From: Alphaproteobacteria bacterium
Lineage (GTDB): Bacteria; Pseudomonadota; Alphaproteobacteria; Bin95
Length of the DNA: 64,000 nt
Assembly: GCA_964291285.2 (NCBI GenBank)
Contig: OZ219785.1
Span: forward strand, 352,001 to 416,000
Direction: 5' to 3'
Each line of letters begins with the position of its first letter. Positions within the stretch are counted from its first letter, which is position 1. The position numbers and the translations under genes are program-made. Under the pieces are notes generated by a model, which was not told where the DNA came from, made no database searches, and saw only the letters and a list, made by a program, of their open reading frames with translations. Below are positions 19,691 through 29,514 of the stretch, one piece after another.

Positions 19691-20994
19691 GGCCGGACTT
19701 CCTCCCGCCGCTGCCGCTTCCAGAGCACGCGCAGCAGTAGCAGGCTCAGGAGACACCCCAGCGTGCCTGACAGGAACAGGCCTTCCCGAAGTCCGCCCAT
19801 GGGCTCCACGAACAAGCTCAATGGGCCGGGATAGAACTGGAAAAGCACTATGACCGAGGAAAACAGCGCGAACTGCGTGGCCGTATAAGAGGGTCTGCAA
19901 AGCCCCATCATGTAGGCCGCAAGGGCCACCGCTCCGAATCCGTCGCCGAACGCTCTGGTCAGCAAAGCGAGACCGTTCCAGACGGACTCGAGCGAGGCCA
20001 AATGGAACGCCAGCAGAGTCGAATTCGACAGTAGAAGCACGCTTCCCGCGACCAACAAGCCCGGCAACGGACCCCGGCTATAGATCACCATCCCTCCGAG
20101 AATTGCCCCAACCAGCGAGACAAAATGAAGGACTGGTTTGTCATGACCGGGGAGTTCCGTGCTGCCCAGGCCGAGCTTGTAGAGCAGGATGAAAGCCAGT
20201 ACCGCGGGCCAGCCCGGACGGATGAAGAACTCCGTCAGCGGGGCGACGAAAACGCGGGAAAACCAGGCGGCAGCAGCGCCGCCCAGCCTGGCGGCCTTGT
20301 CGGAGAGGCGGCGTTCCCGTGCAGCTGTGTCAAGATCCTTCACGCAGGCGGGTTCGGGACCGAGCAGGGCGACAACAATGCCGACCAGCAGCAACGCCGG
20401 CACCGCGACATAGGCAACTGCCCCATCGTATCCGTTATCCGAGGCCGCCACGATCAGGCCCGTCGCCGCCGGGCCGAGGCCTGTCGCGAGTCCGGTAACC
20501 GCATCGCCGGCACCGTACCGGTCTTCTTCCAGTATTTCGATGCGATAGGCGTTGACGACGGCGCTGAGGCAGGACGAGGCAAAGACAACCGGGAACCCGA
20601 AAAGCAGGACGGTCCAGAAGCCGGCCGACGGATGGACAACCCCCAGGACGGGAATCGCCGCCATGCTCGCAACAGTCGTAACCAACATCCAGGATCGGCG
20701 CCGGCCCAAGCGGCTCGCGAGCCAGGGCAGTGGCAGCCTGTCGAGCGCCGGCGCCCAGAAAAAGCTCACGGTGGAAACTGACATCAGTGCGATCCCAACA
20801 AGGGAGGAACTCTCCATTCCGAGATGAGAAAACCGCACAGAAATGTGAAACATCCAGAACAAAGGCACGCCCATGCAGAAGCCGAGCGGCAGCATGAGGG
20901 CGATGTGGGGGTGCCAGAAGGCCCTCGCCGAGCGGAGGAAACCGAGGCGGCGGGCGGGCGGGAGCGCTGCTTCCATTCGGTCGCTTCGCCTCAC
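19687..20994 (-). CDS. Divergent AmpG-like MFS transporter paralog
   Basis: LGFCMGVP, FFWAPALD, GRRRSW, NAYRIEIL, ATQFALFSS; visibly lower GC. Confidence 0.8.
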   Translation of the reverse strand: MRRSDRMEAALPPARRLGFLRSARAFWHPHIALMLPLGFCMGVPLFWMFHISVRFSHLGMESSSLVGIALMSVSTVSFFWAPALDRLPLPWLASRLGRRRSWMLVTTVASMAAIPVLGVVHPSAGFWTVLLFGFPVVFASSCLSAVVNAYRIEILEEDRYGAGDAVTGLATGLGPAATGLIVAASDNGYDGAVAYVAVPALLLVGIVVALLGPEPACVKDLDTAARERRLSDKAARLGGAAAAWFSRVFVAPLTEFFIRPGWPAVLAFILLYKLGLGSTELPGHDKPVLHFVSLVGAILGGMVIYSRGPLPGLLVAGSVLLLSNSTLLAFHLASLESVWNGLALLTRAFGDGFGAVALAAYMMGLCRPSYTATQFALFSSVIVLFQFYPGPLSLFVEPMGGLREGLFLSGTLGCLLSLLLLRVLWKRQRREEVRP

Positions 20995-22655
20995 GCCGGC
21001 GGGGGGATGTCGCCGCCGTCGGCCACGGGATAGACGCGGAGCGGGCGTTCGCGTCCGCGTATCTCGACCAGCCGGGACGGGACGGTGGAGAAATCCGCCC
21101 CGGCGAGGCGCACGACACGCTGCGAGATCACGGCCTGGCAGGCGAACTCCTTGGTCATCGGCTCCAGCCGGCTCGCGACGTTGACCGCATCCCCGATGGC
21201 GGTGACCGAGGTGGCGCGGCTGTAGCCCATCTCGCCGACGATGACCGGGCCGGCATGGAGGCCGACGCCGATGCGCAGCGGCTCGTTCAACTCCTCGCCG
21301 AGCGCGGCGTTGAGTTCGCCCAGCGCCGCCGCCATAGCGCGCACCGCCTCCAGCGCGCTCCGGCAGCCTTCCCGGGGGTCGCCGTCGATGCCGAACAGCG
21401 CCATCACCCCGTCGCCGATGAACTTGTCCACATGGCCGCCCGCCTCCTCGACCGCGCGGCCCATGGCGAGGAAGTAGCGGTTCAGCAGGAACACCACGTC
21501 ATAGGGCAGCTTGTCCTCCGACAGCCTGGTGAAGGCGCGCAGGTCGGCGAACAGGATGGCGATCTCGCGCTCCGCGCCCTGCTGGCTGCCCGTCCGCGCC
21601 CGCGCTTCCGCCGGCCCGGCCGTTGCCGGCAGCAGGGGCATGAGCGTCACGTCGCCCGCGGGAACCGTCTGGCAGGCGAGGCGCACCCGCTCCGGCGCGC
21701 CGATGCGCCCGAGCAGCGCGCGCTCGCCGTCGGCCGGCGGCGGCAGCGCATCGAAGCCCCGCGACACATGCACCCGGCAGGTGGAGCACCGGCCCCTGCC
21801 TCCGCAGACCGAGGCATGGGGAATGCCGGCGGCGCGGCTCACCTCCAGCAGGGTGGCGCCGGGTTCGGCCCGCACCACCCGCCCGTCAGGATAGGTGACG
21901 CGCACCGGGCGCTGCCGCCGGGCCCGAAGCGCGCGGACCAGCCGCCAGGCGACCAGCGCGGCTATCGCCATGCCGGTCATGGTGCTCATCCGTGCCTCGA
22001 TGCCCTGCACCCATTCGACACCCTCGCGTCCGGGGAAACGGATGCCTTCCAGCATGGCGCCGACCCAGCCGGAATCCGCCGCGGCCAGCGCCAGCACGTC
22101 GCGCCCGCCGACCGCGAAGCCCGCAAGCGCCAGCGCCGGCAGCAGCAGCGCGGCTGCGAAGAGGAACGGCAGGGCGCTTCGGTACCATGCCTGGAGACGC
22201 AGCCAGAAATGGATGCCGATACAGCCATGCGTCCAGGCGGCGGCCATCAGCGCGATCTGTTGCCAGGGATCGCTCCATGTCGCCCAGAGGACGAAGGGAT
22301 AGCTCGGGTCCATGCCGAAGCGCAGCGAGAGCCCGAGCGTGCCCAGCATGTGCAGGCAGAGCAGGAAGGGGATCGCGAGGCCCAGAAGCTGCTGCGCCGC
22401 TTCCCAGACCGGCATCTTCAGGTCGCGCTTGCGGAAGAGACGGGCGACCGACAGCGCGCCGTGGACGGCGAAGCTGCCGACCAGCAGCACCGTGCCCGGC
22501 GGGCTGCGCCAGACGCCGGCGAAGACGCGCCGCCCGTCTTCCATCGCCTCCACCGAGGCGAGGCCGAACGTATGGTTCAGCAGATGGCCCGCGACATAGA
22601 CGAACAGGACGACGCCGCTCCAGAGCCGGAGCTGCTGGATCAGGCGGCCGCGCAT
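20991..22655 (-). CDS. Membrane adenylate/guanylate cyclase with 2Fe-2S ferredoxin domain (CyaC-like)
   Basis: His-containing TM region, CGGRGRCSTC...RLACQ, FADLRAFT, DKFIGDG, GDAVNVASRLE. Confidence 0.9.
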   Translation of the reverse strand: MRGRLIQQLRLWSGVVLFVYVAGHLLNHTFGLASVEAMEDGRRVFAGVWRSPPGTVLLVGSFAVHGALSVARLFRKRDLKMPVWEAAQQLLGLAIPFLLCLHMLGTLGLSLRFGMDPSYPFVLWATWSDPWQQIALMAAAWTHGCIGIHFWLRLQAWYRSALPFLFAAALLLPALALAGFAVGGRDVLALAAADSGWVGAMLEGIRFPGREGVEWVQGIEARMSTMTGMAIAALVAWRLVRALRARRQRPVRVTYPDGRVVRAEPGATLLEVSRAAGIPHASVCGGRGRCSTCRVHVSRGFDALPPPADGERALLGRIGAPERVRLACQTVPAGDVTLMPLLPATAGPAEARARTGSQQGAEREIAILFADLRAFTRLSEDKLPYDVVFLLNRYFLAMGRAVEEAGGHVDKFIGDGVMALFGIDGDPREGCRSALEAVRAMAAALGELNAALGEELNEPLRIGVGLHAGPVIVGEMGYSRATSVTAIGDAVNVASRLEPMTKEFACQAVISQRVVRLAGADFSTVPSRLVEIRGRERPLRVYPVADGGDIPPPA

Positions 22656-23659
22656 GGGTTCCCGATGCCCGCGGACGCGGCGGCGGGCAGGCCGGCCAGC
22701 GGCTCGCCGGCCCGCGCTCCCATCTGCTCGATGATCCGGGCGGCTGCAAGGCTCCCCAGCCAGGCGCATTCGGCGAGCGGACGGGACCGCGCATAGGCAT
22801 GCAGGAAGCCCGCGGCATAGAGGTCGCCGGCCCCGGTCGTGTCTGCGAGACGGGCGGGCGGCGCGGCCGGCACCTCCTCGCGCCCGGCGCCGGAAACGAT
22901 GAGCGAGCCTTGCGCGCTCCGCGTAAGCGCCGCCGTTTCGACAATTGCCGAGACCATGTTCGCGGCGTCCCGGAGCCCGGCGGCGCCGGTCAGCGAAACC
23001 ACCTCCTCCTCATTCGCGAACAGGATGTCCACCCGCTCCGCGATCAGTTCGAGGAAGGTCTCCCGGTGCCGGTCCACGCAGAACGGGTCGGAGAGGGTGA
23101 GCGCGACCTTGCGCCCGGCGGTGCGGGCGGCGTCCGCCAGCTTCACCATCGCCGCCTTGGCCGCAGGCGCATCCCACAGATAGCCTTCCAGATAGGTGAC
23201 GGCCGCCTCGGCCGCGGCGGCCTCGTCGATGTCCGCCGGCTCGATCTCGGCGGCGGCGCCAAGCATGGTGAGCATGCTGCGCTCGGCGTCGGGCGTCACG
23301 AAAACCAGGCATCGCCCGGTAGCGGCGCCGGCGGTCGCGGCCGGCGTGTCGAATCGCACGCCGGCCTCGCGGATGTCGCGGCGGAAGGCAGTGCCGGCAT
23401 CGTCGTCCCGCACCCGACCGATATAGCCGGCCCGGGCGCCGAGCGAAGCGAGGCCCGCCGCCGTGTTGGCCGCCGAGCCGCCGGAACGCTCGGCGGCTGG
23501 AACGACCTCGCCGTGAAGCTCTGCGGCGCGGGACCCGCCGATCAGGGTCATCACGCCCTTTTCGACGCCATGATCGGCGAGCCAGGCGTCATCGACACGG
23601 ACCAGCACGTCGAGCATGGCGTTTCCGACGGCAAGCACATCGAGGGAGGCGGCGCTCAT
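22640..23659 (-). CDS. PfkB family kinase (adenosine kinase-like)
   Basis: GGSAANT, YLEGYLWD, FANEEE, DTTGAGDLY. Confidence 0.9.
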   Translation of the reverse strand: MSAASLDVLAVGNAMLDVLVRVDDAWLADHGVEKGVMTLIGGSRAAELHGEVVPAAERSGGSAANTAAGLASLGARAGYIGRVRDDDAGTAFRRDIREAGVRFDTPAATAGAATGRCLVFVTPDAERSMLTMLGAAAEIEPADIDEAAAAEAAVTYLEGYLWDAPAAKAAMVKLADAARTAGRKVALTLSDPFCVDRHRETFLELIAERVDILFANEEEVVSLTGAAGLRDAANMVSAIVETAALTRSAQGSLIVSGAGREEVPAAPPARLADTTGAGDLYAAGFLHAYARSRPLAECAWLGSLAAARIIEQMGARAGEPLAGLPAAASAGIGNPCAAA

Positions 23660-23744
23660 GGCAACTCCGGCGCGCGGGGAACGGCGGCGAGTATAGGGAG
23701 GTCGGCGCCGGAAAGCCCGCCCTGCCTTCCTAAGGGCCGCACCA

Positions 23745-24260
23745 TGTCATGAGATGTCATGGTTTACCGTGAAGGCCTGCGGGACACCACGCGATATGTC
23801 ATGAAATGTCATGTTTTGCATGCGCATCGAGCATGTCCCACGGCTGAATCAGGCATGAGGTGGTCGTTTCGGGCGGAGCGTCCGGGTATTCCATCCCGTT
23901 TCCCGGGTTCTGCATCTTCGGCATCGGCTTCTCCTCTCGATCCATCTTCGTTCCAATGTTCCTGCCGCTGGCTCTTCAAGGCGGCGGGACCCTAATTCGC
24001 GCGTAATGTGCGCGGGCGCCCGCGCCTGCCCGTGCACGTTCCGCGGCGGCGCGAATCGCGCGCCTGATTGCGCCTGCGCGCGCGAGGCCGAACACAGGGC
24101 ACACGTCTCCTGCCCGCTGCCAAGGGTCTCCTGGCACCGGCATGGAAGACGAAGCAGCCTCCGGATGCCGCTTTCTTCCTCCTGTCCCATACTATCATGG
24201 ATTTCCGGGGATTTGCTCTTATCAGAGAAATAATTCTGGATTAGTGAACAAAAACACTTC
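23745..24260 (-). repeat. Dispersed element copy B (leader 23990-24110, RBS + 41-aa ORF 23799-23924, CATGACA arrays)
   Basis: TGTCATG at 23745, 23755, 23797, 23807; GCGCATGCAAAACATGACATTTCATGACATATCG nearly identical to copy A. Confidence 0.78.
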
Positions 24261-24331
24261 CCCGAGCATGAAGCTCCCGCCGGGCTTGCCAGGCCGCCAA
24301 GCGCGGCCGCGCGCTCCGCCGCCGGCGCCGG

Positions 24332-24658
24332 TCAACGGATTTCGATCAGCGTCTCGCCCGCCGCAAGCGCGGCCGCCATGGTTTCCATGCGCGGGGCCAG
24401 CCGCGCCCGGAGCGCGGCATTGGTCGTGTTGCCGAGCCTGAGCCAGACGACCTGGAGCCCCGGCTTCAACCGTGCGCGCTCGGCGAAATCCACGTCCTTG
24501 GACCAGATGACGGCGCCCAGGCGGCGCGCTTCGGCTTCGATCCGCGAGTCGGTGGCGGGACCGATGCTGAGGTCGTTCACATGGTCCGCGGGATAGCCCT
24601 CGGCCGTCAGCCAGCGGGCGAGGCCCGGCGGCAATTGCGCATCGACGAGGAAGCGCAA
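24332..24658 (-). CDS. DUF5615 / VapC45-like PIN toxin
   Basis: MRFLVDAQLP, DHV, D..I, SKDVDF, VVWLRLGN. Confidence 0.85.
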   Translation of the reverse strand: MRFLVDAQLPPGLARWLTAEGYPADHVNDLSIGPATDSRIEAEARRLGAVIWSKDVDFAERARLKPGLQVVWLRLGNTTNAALRARLAPRMETMAAALAAGETLIEIR

Positions 24659-24661
24659 GGA

Positions 24662-25330
24662 TCAGGCGGCGTGGACGATGCGGTGCTCACTGGCGGCGGC
24701 CCCCCAGGCGAGCGCCGCCCTCAGGTCGGCATCCTCCAGATAGGGGTAGTCGGCGAGGATTTCGGCAGGCGCCACCCCCGCCGCCATGAGTTGCAGGATG
24801 TCGGACACGCGCACCCTGGTTCCCCGCACATGCGGCCGCCCCCCGCAAATCTCCGGGTCCACCCGAATGCGTCCCTGGGTCTCCGCCGCTTCGTCCAGCT
24901 CTTCGAGAACTTCCCTCAGAACGCAGATCCGGGCGCCCTGTTTCGGAGCCGAATGGCCGTGAGCCTCCATGAATTGCTGCAGCGCGGCGGCCAGTTCGCT
25001 GCCGCGGCGGCTGTCGGCCGACACGACATGGAACCAGTCCGCAAGGACGCGCTCGGTCTTCCGGCCGTCCCTCTCTCCGGACTCCGCCAGGTAGGCGGCG
25101 GCGGTGTTTTGCGAATAGCCGACATATTTGGAGGGAGCGAAGAGCCACGACCCGTCCCCGGAGCGGACCGCATACCAGGCATTCACCCGTTTCATCCGCC
25201 TCTTCAGTTCCATTCCGAAGAGAGCGTCCCCGATTTCGGTCTGGTAACGCACAATGTTCTCGGCTGCCTGCTCCGGGCTGCCGACCAGCCGGGTCCGGGT
25301 GGTTTCGCTCTCCGCCCGAAAGCGGGACAT
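24662..25330 (-). CDS. DUF433 (VapB45-like) antitoxin fused to an extra N-terminal domain
   Basis: C-terminal DPEICGGRPHVRGTRVRV...EILADYPYL..DLRAAL; start uncertain (25330 or further upstream). Confidence 0.8.
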   Translation of the reverse strand: MSRFRAESETTRTRLVGSPEQAAENIVRYQTEIGDALFGMELKRRMKRVNAWYAVRSGDGSWLFAPSKYVGYSQNTAAAYLAESGERDGRKTERVLADWFHVVSADSRRGSELAAALQQFMEAHGHSAPKQGARICVLREVLEELDEAAETQGRIRVDPEICGGRPHVRGTRVRVSDILQLMAAGVAPAEILADYPYLEDADLRAALAWGAAASEHRIVHAA

Positions 25331-25473
25331 GCTTTCCCGCAGGCTGTGGGGGTCCGACGGCGTATCGCCTAGCATCGGATTTCTCCCTGTTGGGATATTA
25401 CCCCATTTACCTGAAATGAAACCGGCAGTCAAGCCGCGCCGCGAAAATGGTGTCCTGCTATGGGGCCAAGACG

Positions 25474-26892
25474 TCAGTCCACCACCTTGCCAGGGTTCAT
25501 CAGGCCGTCGGGGTCCAGGGCGCGCTTGACGGCCTGCATCATCTCGATCTCCGGGCCGGGCTTGTAGTGGGTGATCTCCTCCACCTTGAGCCGCCCGACG
25601 CCGTGCTCGGCGGAGACGGAGCCGTCCAGCCCATTGACGATATCGTGGACGGCGGCGTTCAGCTCGTCCCAGCGCGCGAGATAGGCCTGCTTGTCGGCGC
25701 CGACGGGCTGGGAGACGTTGTAGTGGATATTGCCGTCGCCGACATGGCCGAAGGGACAGGGCCGGGCGCCCGGAATGGTGCGCTCGACCGCTTCGTCCGC
25801 CGCCTCGATGAAGTCCGCAACCCGGCTCACCGGCACCGAGACGTCGTGCTTGATCGAGCCGCCTTCCGGGATCTGCGCCTCGACCACGGCCTCGCGGATG
25901 CGCCAGAGCGCGTTCGCCTGCGCGCCGCTGTCGGCGATGGTCGCGTCCAGCACCAGCCCGTCCTCGAAGGCCAGTCCCAGCGCCTCCTCGACGATCTCGC
26001 GCAGCCCCGAACCCTCGCGGCCGGCATCGGCGCGCAGCAGCGCATAGTGGGTGTAGGCCCGGCCGAACGGGTCGCGCACGCCCGGCACATGCCTGATGGC
26101 CAGGTCGATGCCGAAGCGCCCGATATACTCGAAGGCGGAAACCTGGTCGCCGGTGGCGGCCCGCAGGCGCGAGAGCAGTTCGATCACATCAGGGATCGAG
26201 CGCAGCGCGGCGAAGGCCGTCACCTCCTCGCGCGGCCGGGGGAAGAGCTTGACGCAGGCCGCGGTCACGATGCCGAGCGTGCCTTCGCCGCCGATGAAGA
26301 GCTGCTTCAGGTCGTAGCCGGTATTGTCCTTGCGCAGGCGCCTGAGGCCGTTCCAGACGCGCCCGTCCGGCAGCACGGCCTCCAGCCCGAGCACCAGCTC
26401 GCGCATATTGCCGTAGCGCAGCGTGTTGATGCCGCCGGCATTGGTGGAGATGTTGCCGCCGACGGTGCAGCTTCCCTCGGCGCCGAGGCTGAGCGGGAAC
26501 AGCCGGTCGGCGTCGGCCGCCGCCGCCTGGACATGCTGGAGAATGCAGCCCGCCTCGACCGTCATGGTGTAGTTGAGCGCGTCCAGTTCCCGGATGCGGT
26601 TCATGCGCCCGAGGCTCACCAGAAGCTGGCTGCCGTCCTCGGCCGGCATGGCCCCGCCGCAAAGCCCGGTATTGCCGCCCTGCGGCACGATGGCGACGCC
26701 TGCTTCCCGGCAAAGCCGGACGACGGCCGCCACCTGCTCGGTCGAGGCCGGCCGGGCGACGAAGGGCGTGCTGCCGCGATAGAGGCCGCGCGGCTCGACC
26801 AGAAGCGGCGCCAGTTCGTCCGGGTCGGCGGAGAGCCCGCGCTCGCCCAGAAGCGCCGTCAGCGGCTCCGCCAATGCCTCGGCCCGTGCCAT
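25474..26892 (-). CDS. FAD-binding oxidoreductase (GlcD/D-2-hydroxyglutarate dehydrogenase-like)
   Basis: PQGGNTGL, GGNISTNAGG, GHVGDGNIH, SAEHGVG, MNPGK. Confidence 0.9.
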   Translation of the reverse strand: MARAEALAEPLTALLGERGLSADPDELAPLLVEPRGLYRGSTPFVARPASTEQVAAVVRLCREAGVAIVPQGGNTGLCGGAMPAEDGSQLLVSLGRMNRIRELDALNYTMTVEAGCILQHVQAAAADADRLFPLSLGAEGSCTVGGNISTNAGGINTLRYGNMRELVLGLEAVLPDGRVWNGLRRLRKDNTGYDLKQLFIGGEGTLGIVTAACVKLFPRPREEVTAFAALRSIPDVIELLSRLRAATGDQVSAFEYIGRFGIDLAIRHVPGVRDPFGRAYTHYALLRADAGREGSGLREIVEEALGLAFEDGLVLDATIADSGAQANALWRIREAVVEAQIPEGGSIKHDVSVPVSRVADFIEAADEAVERTIPGARPCPFGHVGDGNIHYNVSQPVGADKQAYLARWDELNAAVHDIVNGLDGSVSAEHGVGRLKVEEITHYKPGPEIEMMQAVKRALDPDGLMNPGKVVD

Positions 26893-26963
26893 TTCCCGTT
26901 TCCCCTTCAAGCGAATCGGACGCGCTCACATAAGCACCGGCTGCGGCGGCGGCAAGGGCAGTC

Positions 26964-28022
26964 CTATCCCGAAGCTTCAGCCAGCTCCCAGGCGCGTTCG
27001 GCCATGAGCAGGCCGAGGCGGCCGACCTCCTCGGCATTGTCGGAGGCCGCATTGCCGGCGAGGCCGCGGGCGCGCACGCCGTCCAGGATCGAGGCGAAGC
27101 GGAACATGGCGTGGACGTTGTGGACCGGTGTCAGCCCGTCCGGGCGGCCGGCGGCGCGGCGGTAGGTTTCCACGAACTCGTCCTGCTCCGGAATGCCGAG
27201 GGCGCGCCGGTCGAGGTCGCGCACGCCCCAGTATTCGCCCGAGGTGGTGTTGAACAGGATGCAGAGATAGGCGAGGTCGGAAAGCGGGTGGCCGAGCGTC
27301 GCCAGCTCCCAGTCGAACACGGCGACGATGCGCGGTTCGGTGGGGTGGAACATGACGTTGCCGACCCGGAAGTCGCCGTGCGCGACGCGCGTCTCGTCGC
27401 CGTCCGGCATGCGCGGCGGCAGCCAGTCCATCAGCTTGTACATCTCCGGTATCTCGCGCGTCGCCGTCTCCCGGTAATTGCGCGCCCAGCGGTTGAACTG
27501 GCGCTCGAAATAATTGCCGGGCCGCCCGAAATCGCCGAGCCCGACCGCCTCGTGATCAACGGTGTGCAACGCCGCCAGCACCTCGGCGAGCGCGCGGTAC
27601 ATGAGGCGCCGCTCCTCCGGCTCGACGCCCGGCATGGCGCTGTCGGTATAGACGCGGCCCTGCATCCGCTCCATGACGTAGAAGGGCGTGCCGATCACGC
27701 TCTCGTCGTCGGAGTAGAGATATTGCCGTGCCACCGGCACGGCCGTGTCGGCCAGCGCCTTCTGCACCCGGTATTCCCGGTCCACGGCATGCGCCGAGGG
27801 CAGGAGCTCGCCGGGCGGCTTCTTGCGGAGCACATATTCGGCATTGGGCCAGCCCAGCACGAAGGTCGGGTTGGACTGGCCGTAGCCGAACTGGCGCACC
27901 CGGAGCCGGCCTTCCGTGTCCGGCAGCCGGTCCTTGAGCCAGGCTTCGAGCGCCGCCTCGTCGAAACGGTGCGCCTCGCGCACATCGGCGAGCCGCGTGC
28001 CCTCACCCGGATCGATTGCCAT
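26964..28022 (-). CDS. Phosphotransferase family protein (APH / ACAD10-11 N-terminal-like)
   Basis: GQSNPT, SAHAVDREY, HGDFRVGN, DWELATLG. Confidence 0.88.
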   Translation of the reverse strand: MAIDPGEGTRLADVREAHRFDEAALEAWLKDRLPDTEGRLRVRQFGYGQSNPTFVLGWPNAEYVLRKKPPGELLPSAHAVDREYRVQKALADTAVPVARQYLYSDDESVIGTPFYVMERMQGRVYTDSAMPGVEPEERRLMYRALAEVLAALHTVDHEAVGLGDFGRPGNYFERQFNRWARNYRETATREIPEMYKLMDWLPPRMPDGDETRVAHGDFRVGNVMFHPTEPRIVAVFDWELATLGHPLSDLAYLCILFNTTSGEYWGVRDLDRRALGIPEQDEFVETYRRAAGRPDGLTPVHNVHAMFRFASILDGVRARGLAGNAASDNAEEVGRLGLLMAERAWELAEASG

Positions 28023-28158
28023 GGCCGCCCGCTCCCTCCCGATGCGCCCAGCCGGCCACGATAAGGGCCGCCGCCGCCGCCCGCAACGCGGACCCGGCCC
28101 GGTCGCGCGAGCCGCGCGGATGGGGCATGATGGCGGCTCGGGCAGGGAGACAGGACTC

Positions 28159-29097
28159 ATGAAGATTGCAGCGGCGCGCGACTTCCACGACCTCGTCGCC
28201 GAAAGGGCGGCGGCCATCCGGCCAGACATCGAATGGGCGCTCTCGGACGCGAGCGGCGCATGGACTGTTCCGCCCGAAGGCTCGGACATCATCGTCTATG
28301 CGGGCACCGCCTACACGGACAGCTTCGTGGACGACATGCTCTCGATAACGCCGCCGAAATGGGCGCATACGGAAGACGCGGGCATAGACGGGCGCTTCTA
28401 TGACGGCATGCGCGCCAACGGCGTGCCCGTGACGCACAGCCCCGGCGCCAACGCGCCGGAGGTCGCCGAACTCGCCTTCGCCGGCCTCATGTGGGGCGCC
28501 AAGCGGCTCGGCGAACTGCGCGGCCAGCAGAAGGCGCACAAATGGGGCAAGCTCATGCTGCCGGGCCTCAGCGCCACGACCGTGCTCATCGTCGGGCTAG
28601 GCGCCATCGGCAGCCGGGTCGCGCAATACGCCGGGGCGTTCGGCATGACGGTCCACGGTATCAGACGGTCCGCCGAACCGGTGCCCGGCGTGGACCGGCA
28701 AGGCACGATGGCCGACCTGGCGGCATTTCTGCCGGAGGCGGATTTCGTCGTGCTCGCGCTGCCGATCTCGGACGACACGGCCGGCATGATCGATCGCGCG
28801 GCGCTCGCGGCCATGAAGGAGACGGCCGTTCTGGTCAATGTCGGCCGCGGCGGGCTCGTCGATATCGACGCACTCCGGGACGCGCTCGACTCGGGCGCCA
28901 TCGCGTCGGCCTTCCTGGACGTGCTGCCGGTCGAGCCCTGGCCCGCCGACAGCGACCTCTGGGACGTGCCGAACCTGTTCATCACCCCGCATAACGGGTC
29001 GCTCAGCCCCCTCTACGCCGTCCGCGTCGCGGAAATCTGGCTGGAGAACCTGAAGCGCTTCACCGCCGGCGAGCCCCTCCTCCACCGCGCATTCTGA
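28159..29097 (+). CDS. D-2-hydroxyacid dehydrogenase
   Basis: GLGAIG, VNVGRG, LDV..EP, ITPH. Confidence 0.88.
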   Translation: MKIAAARDFHDLVAERAAAIRPDIEWALSDASGAWTVPPEGSDIIVYAGTAYTDSFVDDMLSITPPKWAHTEDAGIDGRFYDGMRANGVPVTHSPGANAPEVAELAFAGLMWGAKRLGELRGQQKAHKWGKLMLPGLSATTVLIVGLGAIGSRVAQYAGAFGMTVHGIRRSAEPVPGVDRQGTMADLAAFLPEADFVVLALPISDDTAGMIDRAALAAMKETAVLVNVGRGGLVDIDALRDALDSGAIASAFLDVLPVEPWPADSDLWDVPNLFITPHNGSLSPLYAVRVAEIWLENLKRFTAGEPLLHRAF

Positions 29098-29109
29098 GGA
29101 CGGCCGCTC

Positions 29110-29514
29110 CTACCAGAAGGGCGTCTCGCTGACCGTGGAGACGTGGGCGGCCACGACCTTCCAGCCGAGGTCCGGGAAGCGCGCCCAGGTCTGGCTCTGC
29201 CGGCCGATGAGGTCCCGGCCACGCACCTTGAACTCCAGGTTGACCACCGCCCAGTCGCGCCCGAGGGTCAGGATTTCGAGCCGCCGGCGCGCTTCCTTGA
29301 TGCCCGGCCCCGACGGGCGGGCGACGCGGTGCGCGTGGATCTCGTCGAAGCCGTAGCCGTTCTCGTGCAGCGCATAGCGGATGGTGTGCGGGCTCTCCCA
29401 GAAGGTCGCGTCCAGCACATCGACATTCTTCGTCTCCAGCGCCGCTTCATAGGCCTCGAAGCGGGCGCGGACCTCCGCCACCACTTCCGGGATATTGGGC
29501 GTCATGTCGGTCAT
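29110..29514 (-). CDS. AtzH/HpxZ-like (DUF3225) protein
   Basis: FEAYEAAL..LDATFW..ENGYG..GRQSQTW..WKVVAAHVS. Confidence 0.85.
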   Translation of the reverse strand: MTDMTPNIPEVVAEVRARFEAYEAALETKNVDVLDATFWESPHTIRYALHENGYGFDEIHAHRVARPSGPGIKEARRRLEILTLGRDWAVVNLEFKVRGRDLIGRQSQTWARFPDLGWKVVAAHVSTVSETPFW

